Shown one piece after another: positions 16,568 to 26,871 of a stretch of DNA of 64,000 nucleotides. The translations under genes and the position numbers were made by a program. Each line of letters begins with the position of its first letter. Positions within the stretch are counted from its first letter, which is position 1. The notes beneath the pieces are model-generated. The model did no database searches. It saw nothing but the letters and a program-made list of their open reading frames with translations, and had not been told where the DNA came from. Source of the DNA: Candidatus Margulisiibacteriota bacterium (GTDB lineage Bacteria > Margulisbacteria > WOR-1 > O2-12-FULL-45-9); the NCBI GenBank assembly GCA_043816785.1, contig JBDRHP010000011.1, positions 34,833 through 98,832 of the forward strand, read 5' to 3'.

Positions 16568-17815
16568 ATGAAAAAGTGGCTTGTTTTATTACTTTTGCTG
16601 CTTGCCCTTTCTACTGCTGCGCTAGCCGGCATTTTTATCTACGAACCCAAGGACAAAACTACTACCTTTGATAAAGTTGTTATGCTCAAAGGCATTGGCA
16701 AGGACCTGAAGATCATTAAGATCAATGACCAAGCAATACCAGTTAATAGTAAAGGGGCCTTTGCTTGCGGCCTGGTTTTAAGGCCGGGCAAGAACCTGGT
16801 CGAGATCAGGGCCCTTGACCTGTACGGCGATCATTTTGTAAAAAGTCTGTCCCTCTTGGGCATGAGGACTTTTCCCGATGTTGAAAGCCCTTACGAAGGA
16901 AAAAAACATTGGGCGCGCAACCAGATCGTCTATCTTGCCAGCTTAGGTTTTATCGAGGGGTATCCTGACGATAACTTTTACCCTGGCAATCCCGTGACCC
17001 GCGGCGAACTGGCAACCTGGATTGCCCGGACAAAACAATTGTCGGTTCCCGCTTTAACCGAAGATGTGTTTTTTGATGTGCCCAAGGAACATTGGCGCGC
17101 GCCTTATGTCAAGGCAGTGGTCGATGCCGGCTACATGAAAGGCTATGACAACCAAACTTTTGGTCTGGACGATCCAATTTCCCGACGGAAAGCGGCTGAG
17201 GTGGTCGTTGCTACGGAAGGCATTGATGTGGTGGAAAGAGTTAAGCCCTTGTTTATTGATGTGCCCAAAGCAGAGCGGGGAGCCTTCCCAATATATTTAG
17301 CCAAGGAAAAGGGGTTGCTCAAGGGTGTGTCAGAGAATCTGCCGGTATATGAGCCGGATCGGGCGCTGACCAGGGCTGAGGCCGCGGTGTTGCTGGCCCG
17401 GTTCGATCGCTCCCAAAACGCTGTTCAATGGCTGTTCAATTTTGACAAGGGATTTACCTCAGCGGCTTACAGTGCGGTAAATCTTGAGCCCAAAATAATT
17501 TCTTTCACTATTAATCCCGTAACTATTATTGCAAGGCAAAAATCAACTGTGCGCCTGCAAGCGCAGCTTGATCCGCGCCAGAATCTTTCGCCTATCTCTA
17601 AGGTTTCTGTTAACCTGACTGAATTGGGCGGCATGCCCGATGTTCAATTGTTTGACGACGGTAGTCATGGTGATCTTGAAAAGGATGACCAGATCTATAC
17701 CCTGAACTTATCTTTTGAACCGAAAGAAAGTGGCAGCAAAATGCTGTATGTAATAGCCGTTGACCGCTTGGGTTGGCAGGGTGGTGGCGAAGCCTCACTG
17801 ACCATTGTTGAATAA
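16568..17815 (+). CDS. secreted protein with three SLH (S-layer homology) domains and a C-terminal Ig-like domain
   Basis: The signal peptide is MKKWLVLLLLLLALSTAALA. There are three roughly 55 aa SLH units (HWARNQIVYLASLGFIEGYPDDNFYPGNPVTRGELA, FFDVPKEHWRAPYVKAVVDAGYMKGY, FIDVPKAERGAFPIYLAKEKGLLKGV...TRAEAAVLLARF). The C-terminal domain carries DDGSHGDLEKDDQIYTL. Confidence 0.8.
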   Translation: MKKWLVLLLLLLALSTAALAGIFIYEPKDKTTTFDKVVMLKGIGKDLKIIKINDQAIPVNSKGAFACGLVLRPGKNLVEIRALDLYGDHFVKSLSLLGMRTFPDVESPYEGKKHWARNQIVYLASLGFIEGYPDDNFYPGNPVTRGELATWIARTKQLSVPALTEDVFFDVPKEHWRAPYVKAVVDAGYMKGYDNQTFGLDDPISRRKAAEVVVATEGIDVVERVKPLFIDVPKAERGAFPIYLAKEKGLLKGVSENLPVYEPDRALTRAEAAVLLARFDRSQNAVQWLFNFDKGFTSAAYSAVNLEPKIISFTINPVTIIARQKSTVRLQAQLDPRQNLSPISKVSVNLTELGGMPDVQLFDDGSHGDLEKDDQIYTLNLSFEPKESGSKMLYVIAVDRLGWQGGGEASLTIVE

Positions 17816-19518
17816 TGCTTAGGAAATGTCAAATGTCAAATGTCAAATGTCAAATTAATGTCCGCCTGCGGCGGATTTTATTTAAAATAATTATTCCTTC
17901 ATTTGTCATTTTTAATTTGTCATTTGTCATTTTGGCAGGATCGGTTTACGCTGAGCTGATCGAGCTGGGGGTAGAGCCGCTTCGGGTTGAACTGGCGGGG
18001 CGGCCTTTGGGCATGGGGGGAGGGTTTGCCGGGCTGGCAGACGATACAAATGCTATTTTATATAATCCTGGCGGTCTGGCTTGGACCAAAGGGATTTCTC
18101 TCTCCATTAAGGATTCGGAAAACATCGCGGCCTTGCAGGCTTATCCCGCGGGTAATAATTCTGCTTTTGGTTTAGCTATAATTACCAGCAAGTTCTCTGA
18201 TATCCCTTTTAGCGGAGGTTTAGCTAATTCCAACAGCAATGTTGTTTATTTATCCTACGGGACCAAGCTTAACTTCATTCCCCGCTTGGCTGACAGCGAG
18301 CTTTTTCAGCATCTCGGCTTTGGCTTGAGCGTTAAGGGATTATTGGGGCAGACACTGCGCAGGGCCGGCATGCTTGATCGCTCGGCTACTGGCTGGGATA
18401 TGGATTTTGGTGTCTTGTGGAAGGCCGAGGACTGGTGGTCAGCTGGTTTTACCCTGCAGAACTTCCTGCCAATCGGGACTCTTGGTGGCGGTTCGATCAA
18501 CTGGGATATTGGCGGCCAAGAAGGAATTCCAGCCGTTGCTAAGCTCGCCGGGTCCGCTCGGGTGATCGGCGATATCGGTTCGCCGATTTTTATGGAAGGC
18601 CGGCAGCTGCTTTTGGCTGGCGAATTGAATGTTTCACGCAACAGGCCTCTGTTGATGCGTTTTGGCGGTGAATACGGGTTTAACAAAAGCTATTATTTGC
18701 GCACCGGCTTTACGCAGCAATTCATTGCTGGAGGGGCTACCTCGGATATTAATTTTGGGCTTGGTTATCGGACAGAAAGATGGGGCGTTGATCTGGCCAG
18801 TTACCGCGACCCCTTTAATGACCAGCGTTATCTTTGCCTGTCCGTGCTTTATTTCCCCGAAGATTGGATAATCCTCCGGGAGTTGGATATTGATAAGCCC
18901 CGGGTAATGATTGACCAGCCTATCGAAACCATCTCACTCGAAGATAACATTGTTACCTATGATGATAAAATCGATGTTTATGGCCGAGTTAAACCTGGGG
19001 TTGAAGTTTATATTAATGGTTTACGAGCTTCGCTTGGTCCGGACAATTCCTTTAAAGCGGTTATTCCTTTGCATCTTAAGAAGAACCTGATCATTGTTGA
19101 GGCGCGCTACCTGGGTGAAAAGAAGGTTTGGAAATATAAGGTATTTAGGAAAGCCAAGGTTGAGATCGCTGATAAGGATAAGACTGAAAATCTGGCCAAG
19201 AAGAAAGAAGGGGTCGAAAACCTGGTTACTATGGGTGTGATTGAGATTACCCCGGATCAAGAGTTTGTCATGGATGCGGGGATCACCCGGGGCGAGCTTT
19301 CCAGCTGGCTGGTTAAAGCAGCTGAGATGAAACTGCCCGAGGTGCGCAAGGACCTGTTTGCTGATGTGCCAAAGGATCACCCCTTGGCGCCGTATATCAA
19401 GGTTGTTGTTGATTTGAACTTGCTGCGGCCTTTCCCTGACGGGACTTTCCGTCCAGCGGCCATCGTTTCTAAAGAAGAAGGGGACGCGATTTTTGCTAAG
19501 TTTGGAATAACGCAATGA
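17815..19518 (+). CDS. outer-membrane-type protein with C-terminal SLH domain
   Basis: 567 aa with a signal peptide (...VILAGSVYA). The body is Gly/aromatic-rich and beta-rich. The C-terminal SLH is DLFADVPKDHPLAPYIKVVVDLNLLRPFPDGTFRPAAIVSKEEGDAIFAKF. The first 40 nt consist of heptamer repeats. Confidence 0.7.
   Translation: MLRKCQMSNVKCQINVRLRRILFKIIIPSFVIFNLSFVILAGSVYAELIELGVEPLRVELAGRPLGMGGGFAGLADDTNAILYNPGGLAWTKGISLSIKDSENIAALQAYPAGNNSAFGLAIITSKFSDIPFSGGLANSNSNVVYLSYGTKLNFIPRLADSELFQHLGFGLSVKGLLGQTLRRAGMLDRSATGWDMDFGVLWKAEDWWSAGFTLQNFLPIGTLGGGSINWDIGGQEGIPAVAKLAGSARVIGDIGSPIFMEGRQLLLAGELNVSRNRPLLMRFGGEYGFNKSYYLRTGFTQQFIAGGATSDINFGLGYRTERWGVDLASYRDPFNDQRYLCLSVLYFPEDWIILRELDIDKPRVMIDQPIETISLEDNIVTYDDKIDVYGRVKPGVEVYINGLRASLGPDNSFKAVIPLHLKKNLIIVEARYLGEKKVWKYKVFRKAKVEIADKDKTENLAKKKEGVENLVTMGVIEITPDQEFVMDAGITRGELSSWLVKAAEMKLPEVRKDLFADVPKDHPLAPYIKVVVDLNLLRPFPDGTFRPAAIVSKEEGDAIFAKFGITQ
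17824..17851 (+). repeat. perfect heptanucleotide tandem repeat (AAATGTC)x4, followed by a degenerate (ATTTGTC)x3 run at 17900-17925
   Basis: The repeat was read directly from the sequence. Each unit contains an ATG. It sits at the extreme 5' end of the SLH outer-membrane-protein ORF. Confidence 0.8.
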
Positions 19519-20396
19519 GAATACTTACAGTTAAGATATTTTTATTATTGGTAAGCAGTTATTTAACACTGTTGCCGGTCTGGGCGCAAGCTGCTGCTCA
19601 GGGTCAAGTTGGCTTAACCAAGGGTGAAGCGATCATGAAGATCACGGCGGCTGATTTCGTCAAAAAGAAAATCGGCGAATTAGTCTCTTGGACCGTTGGC
19701 TATGATATTTCCAAGGTCAGCAGGGTAAAGCTGACTCCAACGATCAATTATGTGAAAGCTGTGCCCAAGCGGGTCCCGCCAGATGGCAGAACAATCCTTG
19801 AGATCCTGGCTTCGGTTGATGATCCAGGCGGCTTAACCAATATCTCCGGGGTCAGGGCAGACCTAAGCGCTATTGGCCGGCTGGCGAACACTATGCTGGT
19901 TGATAATGGTCTGTTCGGCGATGAAAAGGCGGCCGATGGTATTTATACCCTGCAGACCAGTGTTTCCCCCAAGATCGAGCTGGGGCCAAAAGAAGTGCCG
20001 GTAGCTGTTGCCAACAAGAAAGGCTGGCTGGCATTGGCAAAAACTACCTTGGACATCAAGAAGAATCCGGCTATAATTGAAGCTAAGTTCGCGCCAGAAC
20101 GATTAGTCGCTGACGGCAAAAGCCTTGTTACCCTAACGGTCAAAATTGACAATCCCGGCCGGATCGAGGACATCAAGATAGTGACTGCTGATCTGCGGGC
20201 TTTAGGTTATACTGAACTATTGCCCATGTTAAATGATGGGCGTGGCGGGGATGCGGCTGCCAACGATGATATTTTTAGCTTGCAATTTGTTGTGCCGGAT
20301 TTTCTTAAGGATGGCGATTATCTGATCAGAATTGGCGCGGCAAATCTGGCCGGCGGTTATGAGGCTAGGGACATTACCATAAAGGTTCAAAAGTAA
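19515..20396 (+). CDS. secreted protein with two Ig-like domains related to the C-terminal domain of the SLH protein
   Basis: The signal peptide ends VWAQAAAQG. There are two roughly 90 aa units (..DGIYTLQTSV.. and ..NDDIFSLQFVV..) sharing the D.G..GD...D.IY(T/S)L pattern with ORF 16568. Confidence 0.6.
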   Translation: MRILTVKIFLLLVSSYLTLLPVWAQAAAQGQVGLTKGEAIMKITAADFVKKKIGELVSWTVGYDISKVSRVKLTPTINYVKAVPKRVPPDGRTILEILASVDDPGGLTNISGVRADLSAIGRLANTMLVDNGLFGDEKAADGIYTLQTSVSPKIELGPKEVPVAVANKKGWLALAKTTLDIKKNPAIIEAKFAPERLVADGKSLVTLTVKIDNPGRIEDIKIVTADLRALGYTELLPMLNDGRGGDAAANDDIFSLQFVVPDFLKDGDYLIRIGAANLAGGYEARDITIKVQK

Positions 20397-22594
20397 TGCT
20401 GTCAACATTAACTATTATAAGTATTTTTACGGAGATTTTTGCGGCCGGTATCTTGATCGCCGGGGCCGTCACCTTTCTCAAGAATTACTTTTCCTGGAAA
20501 AAACTCAAGGATCTTCTTTTTGCCCTGGTGTTCCTTACTTTATTCATTTATGTGGCTGCGACTATTGCCTCTCAGATGATGTTCAACCTGGGGCGTGGTC
20601 TCTCCGAGCTTATCTTGGTGCATAAGGGAATATATGTCAGCATTATTCTGTGCGCTGTTTTTGTCTGGGCTTTCCTGATCGAAAAATTCCAGCTCAAGAA
20701 ACTGAGATTAAGCAATGTTCCCATAATATTATTAGCGGGTTGGTTTGTCGCTAGGATCCTGGGCTCATCTGTAAACCTGATCTACCGCGAAGGTATTGTT
20801 GAGCCGCTGGTCTTCTTTTCGCAGTACGTGCCGGTCAAGCCTTTTTTTAGTTTCATCTGGATGTTATTGGCTTTGGCCTCTTTTGTTTTTGCCTGGCGGT
20901 CAACCGGCGGGCAGAGAAAGTTAACCCTCTATCTCGGGGGTTCAACAGTGATCTTGCTTTCGGCGCTGCTTTGTTCCTCTCTTTATGTGCGAGAAGCGGA
21001 AGCAGGTTATCTGGTGGCTTCTTGGGTCTTAATTCTTATTTCCACTTTGGGGTTTCTGCTGGCCGAGTTGATCCCGCCCCAGGCGCCTGAGGCCATAAGA
21101 CCGCTGCACTTTTTCCGGACGCGGATCCTGTTCAAACTAATGCTGATTTTTGTCTTGTTGATCGTTATCCTTTTTGAGACCACGACACTGGCCACGATCA
21201 ATATTAGTAAAAATGCGCTGTCAAAGTCTATCATCGGCAACTATTTAAGGTTGGCCCACGAATTAGCCCAAAAGATCAATGCCTTGCCGGTTGAGCCGCC
21301 GCTGGAGCAGCTGCAGCAGCTGGTTGTCGCGGCCAAGATGGATGATAAGGGAATGGCCTTTCTGGTTGATCAGCAGGGGAAGCTGATTGCCCACCCTGAT
21401 CAAAAAAGAGCCCTGCAAAAAGAGGATGTTAGCGCTAATCAAGCAGCGCAACGGGTCATTCTTGGCCAGCAAGGCGGCGCGGAGTTTCAGGATGAGATTG
21501 GCAGCACGATGGTCGGCGCCTATGTGCCGATAACTAAATACGGTTGGGGGGTTGTGGTTCAAGAACCGCTGGCTTCAGCCTATTCAGAAATACGCCGTTT
21601 GGAAACCAATTCATTGTTGTTTGTGGTGATTGGGATCATCCTGACCGCCCTGGTCGGAATATTTTTCGCGCGTTCGATCGAAAGGCCGATCAAAGAGCTT
21701 ACTTCTGGCACGGAGGCAGTGGCCAAGGGGGACTTGCGTTGGTATGTGGCAGTTGATTCTTCTGACGAGATCGGTAAACTGGCTAAGGCTTTTAACCAGA
21801 TGACCAAAGACTTGCGGGAAAGCCAGGAGCGACTCATCCTTTCAGAAAAGCTGGCTTCCCTGGGTACGATGGCGGCTGGCATGGCCCACGAGATCAAGAA
21901 CCCGCTGGTTTCCATCCGCACCTTTACCCAGATCCTGACCCAGAAATGGGAGGACAAGGAATTCCGGGAGAAATTTGCTTCGATCATTCCCAATGAGATC
22001 GAACGAATAAATCGGATCGCAGAAAGTTTGTTAAAGTTCGGCAAGCCCATGAAGCCGGAACTGGGCAAGGTGGAAGTTAATGGCCTACTTGAAGAAGTGC
22101 TGCTGCTGTTTGAGAGCGAGTGCAAAAAATACAATATCAGGGTGACCAAAAAGCTGGCGGAGTTGCCTGAGATAACGGGTGATGCTGGTCAACTCCAGCA
22201 GGTATTTGTCAATATTGTGAAAAATGGAATTGAATCCATGCATAGCAAAGGCGGCGAGATGATCGTTAAAACCGATATTGGAGAAGTTATCCGACTGGGC
22301 AAAATGCGCCGCGAAGGCAAGAAGAAGGGCGGCGAGATGGTTTGGGGTGAAGAGGAAGAATTTGATCGGCCAGTGCCGGTTATTTTTATTGAGATAAGTG
22401 ATACTGGCGAAGGGATACCCGAAGAGAACCTTAAGAGCCTGTTTGATCCATTTTTTACCACGAAGATGACGGGAACCGGTATGGGCCTGCCCATTACTCT
22501 GCGGATCATTGAGGAGCATAAGGGGTCAGTTAAGGTCAGAAGCAGCGCGGGCAAGGGGACCAGCTTTATAATTACTCTGCCGAAGAAAGCTTAG
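20396..22594 (+). CDS. sensor histidine kinase (multi-TM N-terminus, Cache-like, HAMP, HisKA, HATPase_c)
   Basis: The HAMP is KGDLRWYVAVDSSDEIGKLAKAFNQMTKDL. The H-box is MAAGMAHEIKNPL. The N, G1 and G2 boxes are present, with a Lys-rich insertion (RLGKMRREGKKKGGEMVWGEEEEF) in the ATP lid. No adjacent response regulator. Confidence 0.85.
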   Translation: MLSTLTIISIFTEIFAAGILIAGAVTFLKNYFSWKKLKDLLFALVFLTLFIYVAATIASQMMFNLGRGLSELILVHKGIYVSIILCAVFVWAFLIEKFQLKKLRLSNVPIILLAGWFVARILGSSVNLIYREGIVEPLVFFSQYVPVKPFFSFIWMLLALASFVFAWRSTGGQRKLTLYLGGSTVILLSALLCSSLYVREAEAGYLVASWVLILISTLGFLLAELIPPQAPEAIRPLHFFRTRILFKLMLIFVLLIVILFETTTLATINISKNALSKSIIGNYLRLAHELAQKINALPVEPPLEQLQQLVVAAKMDDKGMAFLVDQQGKLIAHPDQKRALQKEDVSANQAAQRVILGQQGGAEFQDEIGSTMVGAYVPITKYGWGVVVQEPLASAYSEIRRLETNSLLFVVIGIILTALVGIFFARSIERPIKELTSGTEAVAKGDLRWYVAVDSSDEIGKLAKAFNQMTKDLRESQERLILSEKLASLGTMAAGMAHEIKNPLVSIRTFTQILTQKWEDKEFREKFASIIPNEIERINRIAESLLKFGKPMKPELGKVEVNGLLEEVLLLFESECKKYNIRVTKKLAELPEITGDAGQLQQVFVNIVKNGIESMHSKGGEMIVKTDIGEVIRLGKMRREGKKKGGEMVWGEEEEFDRPVPVIFIEISDTGEGIPEENLKSLFDPFFTTKMTGTGMGLPITLRIIEEHKGSVKVRSSAGKGTSFIITLPKKA

Positions 22595-22785
22595 TTTTTA
22601 ATTTTTTTTAGCAGCATCTGCATGCCGTGTTCCAGCATGCCTTCGATCTTTTCCAGCTGGGAACCCTCGGCAAGATAATACGAGGCATCGTCAGACTCTG
22701 CAAAGACGATATTGCCGCCGGTTTTAAAGGTAACGCCGTTGACGGTTACGGAACTTGATGAGCCTTCTGGTTTATTTCTATTCAT
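22591..22785 (-). CDS. small hypothetical ORF (64 aa)
   Basis: ORF only. It overlaps the clpC promoter, so coding status is doubtful. Confidence 0.2.
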   Translation of the reverse strand: MNRNKPEGSSSSVTVNGVTFKTGGNIVFAESDDASYYLAEGSQLEKIEGMLEHGMQMLLKKIKN

Positions 22786-22827
22786 TAGGTAGCCTCACTA
22801 TATTTATCGTATTTAGAGGCAATAAAC

Positions 22828-22856
22828 TTGCGTCGAGATGGCAAGGTTGTTATAAT
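22828..22856 (+). promoter_or_regulatory. putative clpC promoter (near-leaderless)
   Basis: TTGCGT, a 17 nt spacer, then TATAAT at 22851-22856. The ATG lies 9-15 nt downstream with no SD. Confidence 0.4.
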
Positions 22857-22865
22857 TTACTTATT

Positions 22866-25364
22866 ATGGCAATGTTTGAAAGATTTACAGAGCGAGCGGT
22901 TAGAGTGATCATGGCGGCGCAGGAAGAATCCCGGCGCCTGGGGTCAGCCTTTGTTGGCGCTGAGCACCTGCTGTTAGGGATGATGCGCGAAGGCGAGCCA
23001 ATCGCCATAAAAACGCTCGAACATTTTAAGCTCGATGCCAACACTGTAAAAGAACGCCTGGAAGAAAGCCTGTCGGGACAAGCCGTCGAGAAAAAAACTG
23101 GTCTGGAGGCGCCTTTTAACGCCCAGGTCAAGAAGGTCATTGAACTGGCTTGGGATGAAGCCCGAGCTCTGGGGCACAGCTATGTGGGGGTTGAACACCT
23201 CTTTTTAGGCATTATCAGAGAAGGGTCGGGGGCTACTGGCCAGATCTTGGCCGAGTTTGGCATCACGATTGCTTCCGCTAAGAACCGCATTGTGGCGATC
23301 CTGGGAGAAGTTTCTTTTCAACAAAGAAAAATGCCCCGGACCAGCCAGACCCCGATCCTGGATTCTTTTAGCCGTGACTTAACTAGCCAAGCTAGGGAGA
23401 AAAAATTAGATCCAGTCATTGGCCGGGCCAAAGAGATCGAGCGAGTGACCCAGATCCTGTCGCGCCGCAAAAAAAACAACCCAGTCCTGATCGGCGAAGC
23501 CGGGGTCGGTAAAACCGCGATTGTTGAGGGGCTGGCTCAGCGGATCGTGACCGCCAACGTGCCGCCGCCTTTGTTAGGCAAGCGCCTGGTTACCCTGGAT
23601 TTGGGGTTATTGATCGCTGGGACCCGTTACCGTGGAGAATTTGAGGAGCGAATGAAGAAAGTCATTGATGAAGTTACCAAGGCTGAGCAGGTCATTCTTT
23701 TTATTGATGAACTGCACACCCTGATCGGCGCGGGCGCGGCCGAGGGCGCGATGGACGCTGCCAATATTTTAAAGCCGGCCTTGGCCCGAGGCGAGTTACA
23801 AGTTATTGGGGCCACCACCATTGATGAGTTCCGCAAAAGGATTGAGTCAGATCCCGCGCTGGAACGCCGCTTCCAGTCAGTAATGGTTGATGAGCCGTCC
23901 GTGCTGGAGACGATTGAGATCCTCAAGGGGCTGCGTGAACGCTACGAAGATTTTCATAGAGTTAAAATCACTGATGATGCGCTGGTTTCAGCCGCTCGCT
24001 TGTCCGCCCGTTATATTGCTGACCGTCATCTGCCGGACAAAGCCATTGACCTGATCGATGAAGCAGCCTCTAAGGTCATGCTTAAATCATCGGTGGCTCC
24101 CCCTGAGCTGATCGAGATCATGAAAGAGATTGAAAAGGTCAAAACTCAAAAAACAAAGGCAGTTGAAAATCAGGAATTTGAATCAGCGGCCCAATTAAGG
24201 GACAAGGAAGAAAAATTGCGGCTGGAGTATGAGGGTGCGGCCAAGAAGATGTCGGGCTTGACCAGGGAGGGATATCCAGAAGTTAATTCTGACGTGATCG
24301 CCCAGGTGGTTTCTTCCTGGACCCGCGTCCCCGTGACGCAATTGACCTCAGAGGAAACTGAGCGGTTGCTCAAGATGGAAGGGGAAATGAAGCAGCATGT
24401 AGTTGGCCAGGATGAGGCGGTTTCTGTTATTTCCCGGTCTATTCGCCGGGCCAGGGCCGGACTAAAAGATCCCCGCCGACCGATCGGCTCTTTTATTTTT
24501 CTGGGGCCATCAGGTGTCGGCAAGACTGAGCTGGCTAAGCGGTTAGCTGAATTTTTATTTGGCGATATGGACGCATTAGTGCGGATCGATATGTCTGAGT
24601 ATCTGGAACAGCATACGATTTCCCGGATGATCGGCTCGCCGCCAGGCTATGTTGGTTTTGGCGAAGGCGGCCAGTTGACCGAACCTATCCGCCGGCGGCC
24701 GCATTCGGTTGTGCTGTTTGATGAGATCGAAAAGGCGCACCCGAATGTGATGAATGTTTTGCTGCAGATTTTGGATGAGGGCCACATTACTGATGCGCAA
24801 GGCCGTCAGATCGATTTTAAAAATACGGTCATTATAATGACCAGCAATGTTGGCGCAGAATTTATCCGCAAAGAGACCGCGATGGGGTTTGTCAGCAGCG
24901 GTGATGCCCAGGCTACTTATGAAAAGATGAAGGGTACAGTTTTGGAGCAATTGGCAAAAGAATTTCGGCCTGAATTCCTGAACCGGGTTGATGAAAAAGT
25001 GGTGTTTCGTCCGTTGTCCAAGGAAGACCTGGCGGCCATTGTGGATATAATGATCGGTGATATGAACAAACGCTTGGAAGAAAAAGGCTTGTCCCTAAAA
25101 ATTACTAAGAAAGTTAAGAGCTTTCTGGTTGAAAAAGGCTACGATCCCAAGCTGGGCGCCCGGCCTCTGCGGCGATCGATCCAGGAATTTGTGGAAGATC
25201 CTCTGTCAGAAGAAGTGCTCAAGGGCAAATTCGGCTACGGCAGTAAGATCAGCCTTACGGTGGAAAAAGATAAGATTGTTTTTAAGGGGACCAAGGGTAA
25301 GCCCATCTTAAAAACCAAGGCCTCATCTCGCGCAGATGAGCCAGCCGAGGTTGGCAAAAGTTAA
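22866..25364 (+). CDS. clpC: ATP-dependent Clp protease ATP-binding subunit ClpC
   Basis: [24 protein letters not shown] begins the Clp_N repeats. There are two AAA+ modules ([30 protein letters not shown]) and a UVR-like linker. The start is chosen at MAMFERF. Confidence 0.9.
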   Translation: MAMFERFTERAVRVIMAAQEESRRLGSAFVGAEHLLLGMMREGEPIAIKTLEHFKLDANTVKERLEESLSGQAVEKKTGLEAPFNAQVKKVIELAWDEARALGHSYVGVEHLFLGIIREGSGATGQILAEFGITIASAKNRIVAILGEVSFQQRKMPRTSQTPILDSFSRDLTSQAREKKLDPVIGRAKEIERVTQILSRRKKNNPVLIGEAGVGKTAIVEGLAQRIVTANVPPPLLGKRLVTLDLGLLIAGTRYRGEFEERMKKVIDEVTKAEQVILFIDELHTLIGAGAAEGAMDAANILKPALARGELQVIGATTIDEFRKRIESDPALERRFQSVMVDEPSVLETIEILKGLRERYEDFHRVKITDDALVSAARLSARYIADRHLPDKAIDLIDEAASKVMLKSSVAPPELIEIMKEIEKVKTQKTKAVENQEFESAAQLRDKEEKLRLEYEGAAKKMSGLTREGYPEVNSDVIAQVVSSWTRVPVTQLTSEETERLLKMEGEMKQHVVGQDEAVSVISRSIRRARAGLKDPRRPIGSFIFLGPSGVGKTELAKRLAEFLFGDMDALVRIDMSEYLEQHTISRMIGSPPGYVGFGEGGQLTEPIRRRPHSVVLFDEIEKAHPNVMNVLLQILDEGHITDAQGRQIDFKNTVIIMTSNVGAEFIRKETAMGFVSSGDAQATYEKMKGTVLEQLAKEFRPEFLNRVDEKVVFRPLSKEDLAAIVDIMIGDMNKRLEEKGLSLKITKKVKSFLVEKGYDPKLGARPLRRSIQEFVEDPLSEEVLKGKFGYGSKISLTVEKDKIVFKGTKGKPILKTKASSRADEPAEVGKS

Positions 25365-25370
25365 TCTTAG

Positions 25371-26735
25371 CTAGGCTTTTAGCGCGTGTACCCAGCCAAA
25401 AGGATCTGCGATCCGACCTTCTTGAATCCCAGTCAATTCCAAGTGGAGATCACTAACTATTGGATGGATGCGACCATCATTAAAAATGATTTTATTCCCT
25501 CTGTCGGTGATCGAGGTGACCGGGGCAATGACTGCAGCTGTCCCAGTGACAAAAACCGCCTCAGCTGAGGCTAACAATTCTCGACTCAACCTTTGCTTAT
25601 CATGAACTCTATAACCACGTGCTTTGGCTAACTCGATCACGCTATCCCGAGTTATGCCGGGCAGGATAGTGCCGGAAAGCGCTGGTGTATAAAGCTCTCC
25701 ATTCATGACCACAAAAATGTTGGCAGCGCCGGCTTCTTCAAGATAAGTATGTTTTTGCGCATCCAGATAAATCAGTTCAGCAAAACCTAAGGCTTTAGCC
25801 TCCTGGGCCGGGACCATGCCTGGGGCGTAATTGCCGATCCCCTTTACATTGCCAATGCCGCCGGCTGGAGCCCGATGGTGCTCATCACTGATCTTAAGGG
25901 AGATGCCGGTTAGCCCGCCCTTAAAATACGGACCAACTGGAGTGGCAAAAACAATAAAAGTATTTTCAGGAGCTGGGGCCACTCCCATGATGCCGCCTGA
26001 GCCGATCAACAGCGGTCTAATATATAAGGCGCCTTTGCCATAAGGCGGGATGAATCTTTCATTAGCTAAAACGACCCGCTCCACAGCGTCAAGGAAAATT
26101 TCCTCTTGAACGGGGGTTAGTCCCAGCCTTTTGGCTCCATTTTGCGCGCGGCGGGCATTGTCCAGCGGCCGGAAAAGAGCAATTCCGCCATTTTCAGTTC
26201 GATACGCTTTCATGCCTTCAAATAATCCCTGACCGTAATTAAGAACGCCAGCAGCTGGACTGATCGGGATATTGCCAAAAGGGACCAGGGAAGCAGCGGC
26301 TGGCCATTGGCCGTTAGCTTTTATTTCTGCAAAAAACATAGCATCAGTTGGGGTTAAACCAAAGGAGAGATTGTCAAAGTCAATTTTATCAGTGTTGTAA
26401 TAGCGCGCCCGAGCGATTAATTGGGGAGTCTCGGTTAAGACGTTGTGAGCTCTTTGCAGAACCGGGCCGTCAACAAAAGCTTGAACAGCGCTGTCCCTTG
26501 AGAGCGAGGGAACAAGTCGCGTATCGCTAAGGTCATCCAGCCTTCCCTTAACGATAAAGTCCTGACCGCCGCGGTTAAAATCGTAATAAACACCCAGCAT
26601 TCCTTTTCTCCGCAGAGCATGGATTGCCGGATTATCTGGGTTGGGCCCTAAGCCAGCCATCTTTCTGAAGCCAATAAACCGCGGATGGTGAATTTCAACA
26701 TTTCTAACTAATAGATTAGCCATTTTTTCCTCCAA
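25371..26735 (-). CDS. ilvE: branched-chain amino acid aminotransferase (class IV), with an N-terminal extension of about 110 aa
   Basis: The BCAT core from about residue 115 (FGLTPTDAMF...NYGQGLFEGMKAYR...TGTAAVIAPV) matches type-II IlvE. The preceding roughly 110 aa has no obvious homolog. Confidence 0.75.
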   Translation of the reverse strand: MEEKMANLLVRNVEIHHPRFIGFRKMAGLGPNPDNPAIHALRRKGMLGVYYDFNRGGQDFIVKGRLDDLSDTRLVPSLSRDSAVQAFVDGPVLQRAHNVLTETPQLIARARYYNTDKIDFDNLSFGLTPTDAMFFAEIKANGQWPAAASLVPFGNIPISPAAGVLNYGQGLFEGMKAYRTENGGIALFRPLDNARRAQNGAKRLGLTPVQEEIFLDAVERVVLANERFIPPYGKGALYIRPLLIGSGGIMGVAPAPENTFIVFATPVGPYFKGGLTGISLKISDEHHRAPAGGIGNVKGIGNYAPGMVPAQEAKALGFAELIYLDAQKHTYLEEAGAANIFVVMNGELYTPALSGTILPGITRDSVIELAKARGYRVHDKQRLSRELLASAEAVFVTGTAAVIAPVTSITDRGNKIIFNDGRIHPIVSDLHLELTGIQEGRIADPFGWVHALKA

Positions 26736-26871
26736 TCAGTTTTTACTTAATTGTTTCGATGCTTTAGTTAACAAATTTCACTCTATTTGGCTTTTTTATA
26801 GGAAGTTCTATGGACATGGTGACCCCCCTCAGTTTGTTAAGCCCAAGGGAAAATGATAGAATTATTTTAGG

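Noticed and set aside
17824-17851. Heptad direct repeats TGTCAAA resembling the CtsR operator (GGTCAAAnanGGTCAAA)
   Set aside because: The units are directly adjacent with no 3 nt spacer. The first base is T rather than G. They lie inside the start of an SLH envelope gene, not upstream of clpC, whose real promoter at 22828-22856 has no such box.
17824-17925. Possible CRISPR array because of short tandem repeats
   Set aside because: The units are 7 nt with no spacers, and there are no cas genes. It is a simple microsatellite.
21580-22149. 189 aa ORF on the minus strand
   Set aside because: It is antisense within the histidine kinase HATPase region.
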